Origin: Mobula hypostoma | Lineage: Eukaryota | NCBI RefSeq assembly: GCF_963921235.1 | Contig: NC_086097.1 | Coordinates: 22,012,001-22,076,000, forward strand | Length of the DNA stretch: 64,000 nucleotides | Direction: 5' to 3' | Shown: in pieces, positions 38,375 through 50,995 of the stretch | Layout: each line of letters begins with the position of its first letter | Numbering within the stretch: the stretch's first letter is position 1 | Program-made: the position numbers and the translations under genes | The notes under the pieces: model-generated | What the model was told of the DNA's origin: nothing | The model's database searches: none | Seen by the model: only the letters and a program-made list of their open reading frames with translations

Positions 38375-38662
38375 TTTATTTGTTTAGTAATACAGTGTGG
38401 AGTGCGACTTTCCGGCCCAGCAAACCCCTGGCAAGCCCAATTAACCCTAACCTAATCACATGACAATTTACAATGACAAGTTAACCTACCTGGTACATCT
38501 TTGGATTGTGGGAGGAAATGAAGGACCCTGAGAAAATCCATGCATTTGATGTGGAAGTTGTACAGGGACTCCTTACAGAACAGCACTGGAACTGAACTCC
38601 GAAATCTGGAATCCCCCGAGCTGTAATATCGTTGGGCTAACCACTGCGCGACTGTAGCACCA
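38375..38662 (-). mobile_element. V-SINE-like SINE (paralogs at about 39265-39590, 45290-45390, 59580-59745, 62215-62560)
   Basis: Reverse complement has a tRNA-like head ggtgctacagtcgcgcagtggttagc followed by a V-domain-like segment. Confidence 0.7.
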
Positions 38663-41600
38663 TAAATGCACACTGTCTATTTCCCAGGGAAAGGAAATCA
38701 AAAACTAGAGGGCAAGTTTAGCAGAATGAGTGGAATTTTAATCAAGTATATAAAATTCTTTACAAGCTTGACAAAGTTGAAGTGGAATTCAAGCTTGCTC
38801 TGTCTGGGATGACTTTGACCTTGGAATAATTGTTGGTGCCTGACAGGGTAGTTTGAGTATCTCGGAAACGATTGATCTGGAATTTTCACGCACAACTATC
38901 TCTGGAGTTGACAGAGAATGTTACAAAAACAAATAAAATATGAAGGCATAGTTTTCAAGTGCATAAAATCAAAAACTAGAGACCATAGATTTGAGGCGCC
39001 TAGATTTAAAAGGAATATGAGGGCAACTTCTTCATGCAGGGCATGGTGCATATATGGGAAAAGCTGCCCAATGAATTGTGAGGCAGGTACAACGAGAGCA
39101 TTTAAAAGATTCCTGGATTGGCTCGGTGGTTAGGAAAGGTTTAGAGGGATGTGGGCCAAACACGGACAAATGGGACTTGCTTAGAAGGGCATTGTGGTCG
39201 GCATGGATGAGTTGGGCTGAGTGGACTGTTTCCAGGCTGCATTGCTCTAGGACTGTGTACTGAATTTTTATTTTTGTTTTATTTAGAAATACAGTGCTGA
39301 CAGGTTCTTCCAACCCGATGAGCCGTGCTGCCTGACAACCCACTTGTTGAATCCTAGCCTAATCACAGGGCAATTTACAATGACCAATTAACCTTTAGTT
39401 AATTTCTTTCCACTGTCCAAAGACCAATGCATCTTTGGACTGTGGGAGGAAGCTGGAGCACCCGGAGGAATCTCATGCGGTCCTGGGGAAATGTACAAAC
39501 CCCTTACAGACGGCAAGAGAATTGCACTCTGAACTCTGACACTCCAAGCTATAATAGCATTGCACTAACTGCTATGCTACAGTGGTGCCCACGGACTGGA
39601 CTCTCATTTTGAGAATGTGATCCAGAACTGCTGCTCACTTGATGTTTTTCACACAATTCTCTGTAAAATCTAGAGACTTGTGTGTGAAAATCCCAGGAGA
39701 TCAGTCTGAGATACTCAAATCACCCCTTCTGGCACCAACAATTATTCCACAGACAAAATCATTCCAGACAGAGCAAGCATGAACTTCACTTCCTTGTCAC
39801 ACCCCTTAAGGATTTTAAATACTTGATTAAAATTCCTCTTATTCTGCTAAACAAGTACAAGCCAAATCTGCTCAATTTCTCCTCATAGTTTGGGAGGTGA
39901 ATCAGAATCAGTTTATTATCACTGACATATGTCATGAAATTTATTGTTTGTGGAAGCAGTACATTAAAAAAATCACTATAAGAAATGCATGATAAATAAA
40001 TAGTGCAAAATAATGAGTAGTATTCATGAGTAATGGACCATTCAAAAATCTAAAGGTGGAGGAAAAGAAGCTGATCCTAAAACATTGAGGCTCCTGCACT
40101 TCCTCCCTCACGGTAGAAATGAGAAGGCATGTCCTGGCTTATGGGGGTCATCAATGATAGAGGCCACCTTCTTGAAGCATTGCCTTTTGAAAATGCCTTT
40201 GATGGCGGGGAGGCTAGTGTCCATGATGGAGCTGGTTGAGTTTAGAATCCTCTGTAGCTTTTTCTGATCCAGTGCAGAGGTGTGCTCCTTCTACCATTTT
40301 CCTTGAGTGTTCTCCCAAAAAGGAGAATTCAAGGTGCTCAGCACTTTCCCAGACACCCCTCTCTATCTTGAGAGGGTTTCAGGCCAGAGACTCCCATCAG
40401 TCCATGAGGATGTTGTATATTTTTTCAATGGAACTTTGGGAAGAACGTTGAAGTGTCTGTACTGATGGAGCTTAGAGCAGAGGGCCCCTTGTGGGAGCCT
40501 GGTGATGTGCATTTCAACAACATGGCATCCCCATCAGAGCATGACAATGTAATTAAAACCACACTGTTGGCACTGGCATTGGGTTGCCAGTAGATCTGGA
40601 GGACTTTATGGTGATGGTACTTCCCTAGTGCCTTGAGGTGCCCATTGTTGATATTCCATGTCTCCTAAGAGGACAGGAGAGCAGGAATCACTTCCACCCA
40701 CTGGACTGTGTGCTCTATATTATAGAGTTTTAGGCTTAGATCTGGATAGAGTGAACATTGAGAGTATGTTTCCAATAGTGTGAGATATAGGGCCAGAGGT
40801 CACAGCCTCAGAATAAATGGATGTCCCTTTAGAACAGAGATGAGGAGGAATTTATTTAGCCATAGGGTGGTGCATCTGTGGAATTTATTGCCACAGACAG
40901 CTGGTCTATTTAAGGTGGATGTTGATAGGTTCTTGATTAGTAAAGGCATCAAAGGTTATGGGGAGAAAACAGGAGAATGAGGTTGAAAGGGATAACAAAT
41001 CAGCCATGATCCAATGGTGAAGCTGACTCAATGAGCCAAATGACCTTTGGCTTTATGGTCTTAAGAGTTATAGAATCATACAGCATGAAGAGGCCATTCA
41101 GCTCACCATGTTCATACATACCAGTGGGCACTGATCCATAATAATTCCATCTTCCAACACTTAGCCTGTAGCCTTCAATGCCAAAGTGATTAAAGTGTTC
41201 ACCAGGAAGTGACCCTCTCTGCCAGTATATTCCAGGTGCTCACCGCTCTCTGGGTGGAAACGTTTCTCCTCAGATCCTTCCTAAATCTCTTCCTGTTACT
41301 CTCAAATCGATGTCCTCTAGTTTATGCATCTTTGTCTTTTCAACATTACTTCTACCACACCTCCTTCCAGCTCTCTCCAGAAACCTACCATTCTTATTAA
41401 AAAAAAACCTTCTCTTGTAAAGCTCCTTTAAAGTTTTAAAACACCCACCTTAAATCTATACACTCTAGTATTCGACAATGGGACTTTAAGGAAAAAAAAG
41501 CTTCTGACTGTCTACCCACCCTCTGCCTTTCATACTTTTAAATATGTTTATCAGATCATCCCCTCAGCCTCCGATGCTCCAGAGAAAATAATCCAAGTTT

Positions 41601-41687
41601 GCAAATGGTTATTATTGTCACATGTACTGAGATAAGCTGAAATACTTTTGATAATGTGCCTTCCAGACTGAATTCTGTACTTAAGTA

Positions 41688-42101
41688 TTTTTATTGTTCA
41701 TCCATCGTCGACATCAATGAGGACCTTGACACCATAATGATGGTGTCGAGACTAGCCCGTGATTTGGACTTAAGTGAGGGAGAGTTGCGCAGCGTCAGCC
41801 TCACTCTCTCTTCACAATTTCCATCTGGATCCAGTGCCAATACAGAGTCGAGATGGCTGGAGATGGGACTAGGCGCAGTGGATGACCAGGATGTCTTCTG
41901 CATCTTGTCCTGCTCTACACATTCCATGACGCCTGCAGAGACCGCCTTCTTGACCGTTGGACCTTCCATAGGTCTCGTCCACTCAATCCGTCAGAGTCTG
42001 TCTTCACATGCTGGGATAGACAACTCCCTATCTCACCGAGGGTTTGAGACCCGTCAGCTACCCTCACCTGGTTTAGCCGGCTTGTCGAAGCTGTTTGCAT
42101 G
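41688..42101 (-). mobile_element. 414-bp non-coding retroelement (RTE-like) with exact 12-bp TSD
   Basis: TGTACTTAAGTA at 41676-41687 and 42102-42113; A-rich 3' end on the minus strand. Confidence 0.8.
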
Positions 42102-42189
42102 TGTACTTAAGTACATTGAGGTAGTATAGTGTTTTAAGAACAGCTTCTTCCCACCCGTTATCAGGTTTCTGAATGGTCCAACACCACTA

Positions 42190-42330
42190 TCAAAAACACA
42201 AGACAGTCTGCAGATACTGGAAATTCAACATAACACACACAAAACACTGGAGGAACTCAGCAGGTCAGGCAGCATTTATGGAAAAGAATGAACAGTCGAC
42301 GTTTCGGGCCAAGACCCTCCTTCAGGACTA
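42190..42330 (-). mobile_element. Penelope-like terminal fragment with a near-intact hammerhead
   Basis: Minus strand AGUC-CUGAAGG-AGGGUCUUGGCCC-GAAA-C-GUC-GACU at 42294-42329 (A9 to G). Confidence 0.75.
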
Positions 42331-42419
42331 CCTCACTTATCCTCTTTTGCATACCTCATTTATTTATTTGTTTATTTTTTATCATCACTTATAACATTGG
42401 TTTTGTTTGCTCTCTCCCC

Positions 42420-43436
42420 ATTTTCCACAACACAGGAGGTCCCCCAGGGCTCTCACAGACGATTGCCCGGGCAAACACCTGAGGAATCACATTGTCAAGT
42501 TCGCCGATGACATGGCAGTGGTGGGGCTCATCACCAACAATGATGAGATGGCCTACAGAGAGGAGGCAGAAGAGCTCGAGGCCTGGTGCCAGGCAAATAA
42601 CGTCTTCCATAATGTCAACAAGACAAGAGAACTCTCACCACTCACAACCCCCTTTACATTGGTGGCACAGCAGTGGAAACTGCAAGCAGTTTCAAATTCT
42701 TATGAGTGCACATCACACACAACCTCCCTCGGTCCCAGAACATTTTCTACACAGTTATAAAAGCTCACCAATCCTCTACTTTCCAAGGAGGCAGAAGAGA
42801 GCTGAACTATGCACGGCCTTACTCACATCATTCGACAGATGCACAGTAGAGATCACCCTAACAAGCTGCATGAAGCTACTCAAAGCATCACTGGCACCGG
42901 CCTAGCTGCCTGCAAGGGCATGCTGTATATACAGAACGGTGCCAGAAAAGGGCCAGTAACAGCACGAATGATCCCACCCACCCTGCTCATGGACCATTGG
43001 CCCCACTCCCATCAGGGAGTAGCATCCACACCAGGACCACCAGGTTCAAAAAACAGTTCCTTATCCCAAGCAGTAAGGCTAATCAACACCTCCACCTACT
43101 AACTCGGTCACTACTTCACCACACACAAAATGCTGGAGGAACTCAGCAGGTCAGGCTGCATCTATGGGAAAGAGTAAACAGTCAATGTTTCGGACTGAAG
43201 CTCCTTTACTATTTCCTATCAGTCACCTTATGTGTAGCCTAGCATCACTCTACAGGCATACTATCAATTTACTGTATGTATATAAGCTATCTTATGTATT
43301 TATATTTATTGTTTATTTTTATTATTGTTGTATTCTTTATCTGTTGTGTGTTTTTGTGCTGCATCAGATCTGGACTAACAATTACCTTGGTTTCCTTTAC
43401 ACTTGTGTACAGGGAGTGAAATTCTTGAATCTTGAA
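42420..43436 (+). mobile_element. Rex1/Babar-type LINE 3' half (decayed)
   Basis: IVKFADDMAVVGLITNNDEMAYREE...WCQANN; tail ttcttgaatcttga; small PLE fragment inserted at about 43120-43205. Confidence 0.8.
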
Positions 43437-44024
43437 AGTACCGAGACAGTGTGAAAAGCTTGTCTTGCATATTGTTTATACAATCAAATACAGATCTCAA
43501 TGCACACAGAACATTGAGCTAGAATAAGGTAAAACAATAATAATGCAGTATAAAGTGTATAAGATACCAAAAAAGTGCCGTGTGGGTGAATACTAAGGTA
43601 CAAGATCATAATGAATTAGTTAGTGAGGCCAAGAGACTATCTATTATTTAATTATTTAATAATAACATTTTATGACTTGTACTGTACTGCTGCCACAAAA
43701 TAACAGACTTTGCAACAGATGTGAATGATAATAATCCTGATTATGATTCATATTCAACTGGAAGCAATAAAAATGCAGAACCAACTACACCTTGTAACTT
43801 ACAGTCTCTACTCCAGGAAGCATCCTGTTAAACTTCTTTTGCACCCTCTCTAGAGCCTCCACCTCCTACCTGTAACTCAGCGATGAGAATTGCACACCGT
43901 ACACCAAATGTGCGTCCACCAAAGTTTTGTTGACCGTCAGACACTCTTACCTCAGGTGGGCACAGTCTGTGCTGGAGCACAGAAAGTGACGCGCAATTTC
44001 ATCTCCACCTTCTTCCTACAGTAA

Positions 44025-44455
44025 AGATGTCGATAAGATTGAAAGAGTGCAGAGAAAATTTGCAAGGATGTTGCTGGGACATGAGGACCTGAGTTATTGG
44101 GAAAGGTTGAGTAGGTTCAGACTTCATTCCCTGGAGTGCAGGAGGATGAGGGCAGATTTGATAGAGGTATATAAAATTATAAGGGGTATAGATAGGTTAA
44201 ATGTAAGCAGGCTTTTTCCACTGAGGCTGAGTGAGACTAGAACTAGAGATTTTAGGTTAAGAGTGAAAGGTGAAATGTTTAAGGGGAACTTCTTCACTCA
44301 GAGGGTGGTGTGGGTTTGATTTCAACATTTAAGAGGTTTGTATAAGTACATGGATGGAAGGGGTATGGAGGTCTATTGTCCAGGGTTGATGGGACTAGTT
44401 TAGAATGAACTAGATGGGCTGAAGGGCCTGTTTCTGTGCTGGAATACTCTAAGAC
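44025..44455 (+). mobile_element. CR1 3' fragment
   Basis: ORF 44047..44319. Confidence 0.8.
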
Positions 44456-47427
44456 TCGGTGACTTCACGGCAGCATAGCTCTTGGGGTATGGAGCGTGAG
44501 TCACGCTGTGTGATCACAGAGCCACATTCTGAAAACAAACACTTAGCACTAATCCCAGTCCCTGCAAGGCATCCAACTGAGCTCACAACCGCAAGAGAAA
44601 ATAATTATAACTCATTTGCACAGCACTGAAAATGCTTCAAATGGAGAAGATGTCACATCAGAGTGGTGCCGAGTTGGTTCAGCCCTGTCCCTTGGAGAAA
44701 TCTCTGCCAAACCAGGTGCTGACATGTCCTCTAGACAGTGATATGTTAATACGGAGACTGAGTGAAAGATGCGCTCTTCAGTGGAATCTCCAGAGGGATC
44801 CTCTACTTCAGCTTCAGCCAAGTGAGATGCACTTCCCGTGGATTAATACAGAGAGCATTAAACTGCATCTCAAGAGCAGGATCAGACTTGTCTGGTGCTG
44901 GGAGGTGAATGCACTGTCTCATTGAATGTAACCAAGAGACAGTCAGAAGCCTGCAGATGTTAACTAATGCTGAGCAACCACTTGTTGACAATCAACATCA
45001 AGGATGGTAGGTGACATGACAACACGAGACATACCACTTATTTTAATGACGTTAACTTTCTGACAAATGGCAAAAGAAATCCTCACCTTCTCTTCAACTT
45101 GCTGTGCAGTTTGTCAACATAATTGAATGGTGTACACATCATGGGAAATGTTAAAATACAAAGGTGAGATTAGCTTTATCTGTCACACGTACTTTGAAAC
45201 ATACTGTGAAGTGCGTCATTTGTGTCACGTCAGATCAGCGAGTATTAAGCCATCATGTCGCCACGCATCTGGCACACAATTTACCAACTCCTTTGGAATG
45301 CGGGAGAAAACCAGAGCACCCAGAGGAAACCCATGCAGTCACAGGGAGAATGGACACACTCCATGTAGAAAATGGCCGGAATTGAACCTGAATTTAAAAC
45401 AGCAGTCCTGGTGAAGGGACTTGGCCTGAAACGTCGAGTATTTACTCCTCTCCATGGATGCTGCCTGATCTGCTGAGTTCCTCCAGCATTTTGTGTGTCT
45501 TGCATTGCAATGTAAAGCATTGCACTAAACTTTATGAGACTATAAAACATAGGAGCAGAATTAGGCTATTTGGCCCTTCAAGTCTGCTGCACCATTCTAT
45601 CATGGCTGATTTATTATCCCTCTCAACCTCATTCTCCTACCTTCTCCCCATGACCTTTGACATCCTGACTAATCAAGAACATATCAACTTCTGCTTTGAG
45701 TATACCCAATGACTTGGCCTCCACAGCCACCTGTGGCAATCTTCATCTGTGTTCTAAATGGAAATCCTTCTAGTTTGAGGCCATAGACTCTGGTCCTAGT
45801 TTCACCCACCTCCCCCACTCTGTCTAGACCTATCAATATTCACTAGATTTCAATGAGATCCCACCCCGCCCCCCCCACTCATTCTTCTAAACTCCACTGA
45901 GTACAGGCCCAGAGCCATCAAAGGTTCCTCATACGTTAACCTTTCCATTCCGGAATCATTCTTGTGAACCTCCTCTGGATTCTCTCCAATGCCAGCACAT
46001 GTTTTCTTAGATAAGGGGCTCACAGTACTCGTGTGATCTGACCAGTGCCCCATAAAGACTCAGCCTTACATTCTTGCTCTTATATTCCAATTCTTTTGAA
46101 ATGAATGTTAACTTCACATTTGCCTTCCTTACCACCTGTAAGTTAACCTTTAGGGAATTCTGCACAAGAACTCCCAAGTTTTGCACCTCATATACTTGGA
46201 TTTTCTCCCCATTTATAAAGTAAACTATGCCTTCATTCTTACTACCAAAGTACATGACCATACACATCATTACACAATATTCCATCCACCAATCCATTTC
46301 CCGTTCTCCCAATCTGTCTAAGTACTTCTGCAAGCTCCCTGTTTCCTCAGCCACCACTCGCCCTCCCACCTATCTTCCTACCATCCACAAAGCCATCAGT
46401 TCCATCATCCAAATTATTTACAAATAACGGGTAAGAATCAGTCCCAACACTGACCCCTGTGGAACATCACTTATCAACAACAGCAAATCAGAAAAAGCCC
46501 CTTTATTCCCATTCTTTGTCTCCTGCCAGTTAGCCAATCTCCTATCGATGTTAGTAACTTTCCCATAATACCATTGGCTCTTATTTTGTAGTGTGGCACT
46601 TTGTCAAAGGCCTACTGAAAATCCAAATAAACAACATCAACTGACTCTCCTTGATCTATCCTGCCTGTTGTTTCCTCAAAGAATTCTAACAGATTCGTCA
46701 GGCAAGATTTCCCCTTCAGAAAATCATGCTGACTTTGGGCCTATTTTATCATTGCCACCAAGTACCCTGAAACCTCTTACTTAATAAAGGACTCTAACAT
46801 CTTTACAACCACTGAAGACAGGCTAAATAGCCTATAATTTCCTTTCTTCTGCCTCCCTCCCTCCCTTCCTAAGGAGTGGAATGGCATTTGCAATTGTTCT
46901 TTCCTGCCGAAGCATTCCAGAACCTATTGATTCTTGAAAGATAATTACTACTGTCTCCACAATCTCTTCAGCTACCTCTGGGCGGTCATCCATCTGGTCC
47001 AGGTGACTTATCTATCTCCAGCCTTTTCAGTTTCCTAAGATCCTGCTCCTTAGTAATAGCAGTTATGCTCACTTCTGCCCCCTGACACTCTCTCATTTCT
47101 AGAATACTGCTAGTGCCTTCCACAATGAAGCCGGTCGCAAAATACTTATTAAGTTCCTCCTTCATTACTACCTCTTCAGTTTCATTTTCCAGCAGTAAGA
47201 TAGCCACTGTCTTCTCCCTTTCAGTCCTTATATATCTGAAAAAACTTCTTGTATCCACTTTTATATCTTGGCTAGCTTGTCTTTATATTTTATCTTTTCT
47301 TTCTTTATGGCTTTTTAATTGACTTCTGTTGGTTTTTAAAATCTTCACAATCTCCTACCTTCCCACTAATTATATGCTCTCTCTTTTGCTGTTATACTGC
47401 CTTTGACTTCCCTTGTCAGCCGTAGTT

Positions 47428-48030
47428 GTACTGCAATTGTACAAGGCCTTGGTGAGACCACACCTGGAGTATTGTGTGCAGTTTTGGTCCCCTAATCTGA
47501 GGAAAGACATTCTTGCCATAGAGGGAGTACAAAGAAGGTTCACCAGATTGATTCCTGGGATGGCAGGACTTTCATGTGATGAAAGATTGGATTGGCTAGG
47601 CTTATACTCCCTGGAATTTAGAAGATTGAGGGGGCATCTTATTGAAATGTATAAAATTCTAAAGGGATTGGACAGGTTAGATGTAGGAAGATTGTTCCCG
47701 ATGTTGGGGAAGTCCAGAACGAGGGGCCACAGTTTGAGGATAAAGGGGAAGCCTTTTAGGACCGAGATGAGGAAAAACTTCTTCACACAGAGAGTGGTGA
47801 ATCTTTGGAATTCTCTGCCGCAGGAAACAGTTGAGGCCAGTTCACTGGCTATATTTAAGAGGGAGTTAGATATGGCCCTTGTGGCTAAAGGGATCAGGGG
47901 GTATGGAGAGAAGGCTGGTGCAGGGTTCTGAGTTGGATGATCAGCCATGATCGTACTGAATGGCGGTGCAGGCTCAAAGGGCTGAATGGCCTACTCCTGC
48001 ACCGATTTTCTATGTTTCTATGTTTCTATG
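47428..48030 (+). mobile_element. Young CR1 3' fragment
   Basis: ORF 47413..47931 nearly identical to the C-terminus of the 21.5 kb and 34.5 kb copies; (ctatgttt)n tail. Confidence 0.95.
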
Positions 48031-48331
48031 CCCCATTCTCAGTGCTATCATTGCAGTTCCCATCCCCCTTTCAAATTAGTTTAAACACTCCCCACCAGCT
48101 CTAGCCAATCTGCCGGCAAGGATATTGGTCCCCCCTCAGGTTTAGGTGTAACCTATGCTTTTCGTACAGGTTATTCATTCCCCAGAAAGATCCCAATGAT
48201 CCAGAAATCCAAATCCCTGCCCCCTGCACCAATTCCTCAGCCATGCATTTACCTGCCAAATCATCCTGTTCTTGCCCTGGCATGTGACACAGGCAGTCAA
48301 CTGTCCTGGAGATCCTGCTTTTCAGCTTAAT

Positions 48332-48475
48332 AGAAACATAGAAACATAGAAAATAGGTGCAGGAGTAGGCCATTCGGCCCTTCGAGCCTCCACCGCCATT
48401 TATTATGATCATGGCTGATCATCCAACTCAGAACCCCACCCCAGCCTTCCCTCCATACCCCCTGACCCCTGTAGC
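48332..48475 (-). mobile_element. Young CR1 extreme 3' end (about 145 bp)
   Basis: Reverse complement of about 23378-23516. Confidence 0.9.
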
Positions 48476-49957
48476 GGGTGCACTACCTTCCTTGATTTAT
48501 TCTTTTGCCAACTTCTTTTGCATAACTTCCTATATTCTCTCTTCAGGACTTCCTCCATTTTCCAAACTATGTAGTTGGTACCAATATGTACCACGACCTC
48601 TGGCTGCTCACCCTTCCCCTTTAGAATGCCATGGGCCCAATCTGAGGCATCTCTGACCCTTGTACCTGGGAGACAACATACCATCTGGGTGTCTTTTTTC
48701 ACATCCACAAAATCTGCTTTCTGCTCCTTTAATTATGGAATTCCCTATCACCACTGCAGTCCTTTTCATCCCCTTCCCTTCTGAGCCACAGAGCCAGAGA
48801 CCTGGTCACTGTGGCTTCCTCCTGGTAGGTTGTCTCCCTCCTCTCCTCACTCCCCTCCACAACAGCATCCACAGCAGTATGCTTGCTATTGAGGGGGATC
48901 CTCACAGGGGTACTCTGCACTGGCTCTTATTCCCTTTCCCTCTCATGAAAGTTACCCAGGGACCAGTCTCCTGCAACTTAGTGGTGACTAACTCCCTGCA
49001 GCTCCTATCGATCACCTCCTCATTCCCCCATATGAGCCAAAGGTCATCGAGCTGTAGCTCCAGTTCCTTAACGCAGTCGCCAAGGAGTGGCAGCTTGATG
49101 CATTTCATGCAGGTGTAGTTGTCAGGGAAACTGGAAGTCTCTCAGTATTCCCACATCTCAGACAAAGAACATACCACTACCGCTAGATCCATTCTCGGGG
49201 GACTAGCTGTGTACCAAAAGAAAAAATCACCAGAAACTTACTCACAAAGTCTGCATGTGCTGGCCCAAGCCCGTTTTCGCTCAAGCTCATTGAGCCAAAG
49301 CCGGACCACTCTAACAATGCCCCACTTCAACAATGGCCGCTCTGCATACACCACCTGAGTCAAAAACCGAAAGCACCTGAGCTCTTTTTAAATGTCGCAC
49401 TGCATCACCAACGAACAACCTACCGTGCTGATCGCCGCTGGCTGAGAAAGTCAACGTGGGTCTTGAGGGAAAGGAACTAGATTGAAACTTCGAGCCAGAT
49501 TAAAAACATTAAGGAGTCAAGCCAAGGGTGGAGGATGAACCGGTGTTGAGCTCACTACCCCGTGTCTTACTCGCCTCAGCACTGAACTGACTCTGCACCT
49601 GTGGCCTGCAGCCATCGGGCTCCTGGCCCGCTTGCACTCACCTCAGTGCTGAACTGCCTCCGTGGCTGTGGACTCACTTTCGAGGACTCTGTGTTCAGTG
49701 GATTATTAGTTTACTTTTTTATTGCTTGCACAACTTGTTCTTTTTCTTTGCAAGCTGGGTGTTTGACGGTCTTTGTTGTGTGTTTTTCTTCATGGATTCT
49801 GTTGTATTTATTTGTTTTCTGGTTGCTTGCAAGAAGATGTATATGATAATACTTTGATAATAAATGTACTTCGAACTTGGAACTTTGAAGGAAGGGGATG
49901 TGGTTAGAGGGCTATTTGTTTCTTGAGATGAAACAGCTAAATTCCCCACTTTTGATC

Positions 49958-50432
49958 CATCTCCCTACTTGTGCTTTGTGATAACCTTTTCACAGAGTTG
50001 CTTGGATTGTTCTTTTGCCTTCAGGGTGTAATTTTTGCCAGGATACTGACTCACCAGCAGTTGGACCTTCAAGATACAGGTGTACTTTTACTACAATCAA
50101 TTGAAACACCTTGACTGCACACAGGTCTCCAAAAGTAGATTACCATGGAACTAATTATGTGACTTTTAAAACCAATTGGCTGCCTCAGTGATGACTTGGG
50201 GTATCATATTAAAAGGGGAGGGGTGAATCCTTATGCAATCAATTATTTAGTTTTTTTATATTTATAATTAATCCAGATCACTTTGTAGAGATCTGTTTTC
50301 ACTTTGACACGAAAGAGTCTTTTTCTGTTGATCAGTGTCAAAAAAGCCAGATTGTTTCCATTGTGATTCAATGTTGTAAAACAATAAAACATGAAAACTT
50401 CCAAGGAGGGTGAATACTTTTTATAGGTAATG
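49958..50432 (-). mobile_element. Tc1 5' fragment with uninterrupted TIR (paralog of 33018-37182)
   Basis: Colinear with about 34190-34461 plus 36992-37182; ends before TA at 50433-50434. Confidence 0.9.
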
Positions 50433-50801
50433 TATATTTTAGTCCTCTTGAAGTGAATGCTAGCATTGCATTTGCCTTCCTCACCACAGACTCAACCTGC
50501 AAATGAACCTTTAGGGTATCCTGCACAAGGATTCCCAAATCCATTTGCACCTCAGTTTTTTTTCTGTATTTTCTCTCCATTTAGAAAACAGTCAATCCTT
50601 TAATTTCTTTTACCAAAGCAGTATCGAGCTAAAGAGGTGTTGCTGTAGTTGATAGCTGGTAATTGTCTTACTATTGTCACATATACAGTGAAAAGCTTTG
50701 TTTTCCACACCGTTCAGGCAGATCATTCTTTACATAGTACATGTGGTACAACAAAAGGAGTACAACAGCAAAATGCAGAATCTAGTGTTGCTGTTACAGG
50801 G

Positions 50802-50911
50802 TTTGGAAGGCAATGGCAAACCACTTCGGTAGAAAAATTTGCCAGGAGCAATCATGGTCACAGAGTGACCATGATCGCACAGGTCATACAACATGGCACA
50901 CACTGGTGGAA
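50802..50911 (+). mobile_element. About 110-bp RTE/BovB-like tail element
   Basis: ggaaggcaatggcaaaccac motif; flanked by tgttacaggg / tgttactggg; 11-bp hairpin at 50851-50875. Confidence 0.6.
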
Positions 50912-50995
50912 TGTTACTGGGAAAGTACAGAGCAGGTGTAAGCAGCAAGGGCCACAGCGAGGTAGTTTGGGAGTTCAAAAGATCATCTATATAGT

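Larger units (their letters stand above)
45533..49250 (-). mobile_element. Old, long CR1 (ORF1 and RT; APE region missing) carrying two younger CR1 insertions
   Basis: ORF1 CMKCIKL...ELELQLDDL and esterase CCLPG/VHIGTN (48409..48708, 48902..49108); RT remnants 45850-47400. Confidence 0.8.

Noticed and set aside
38600..38662. tRNA gene
   Set aside because: Degenerate tRNA-derived SINE head followed by a V-domain-like segment; no cloverleaf
44612..44991. Short ORFs in non-repeat DNA
   Set aside because: No recognisable domain or convincing splice pair; kept only as an unexplained island
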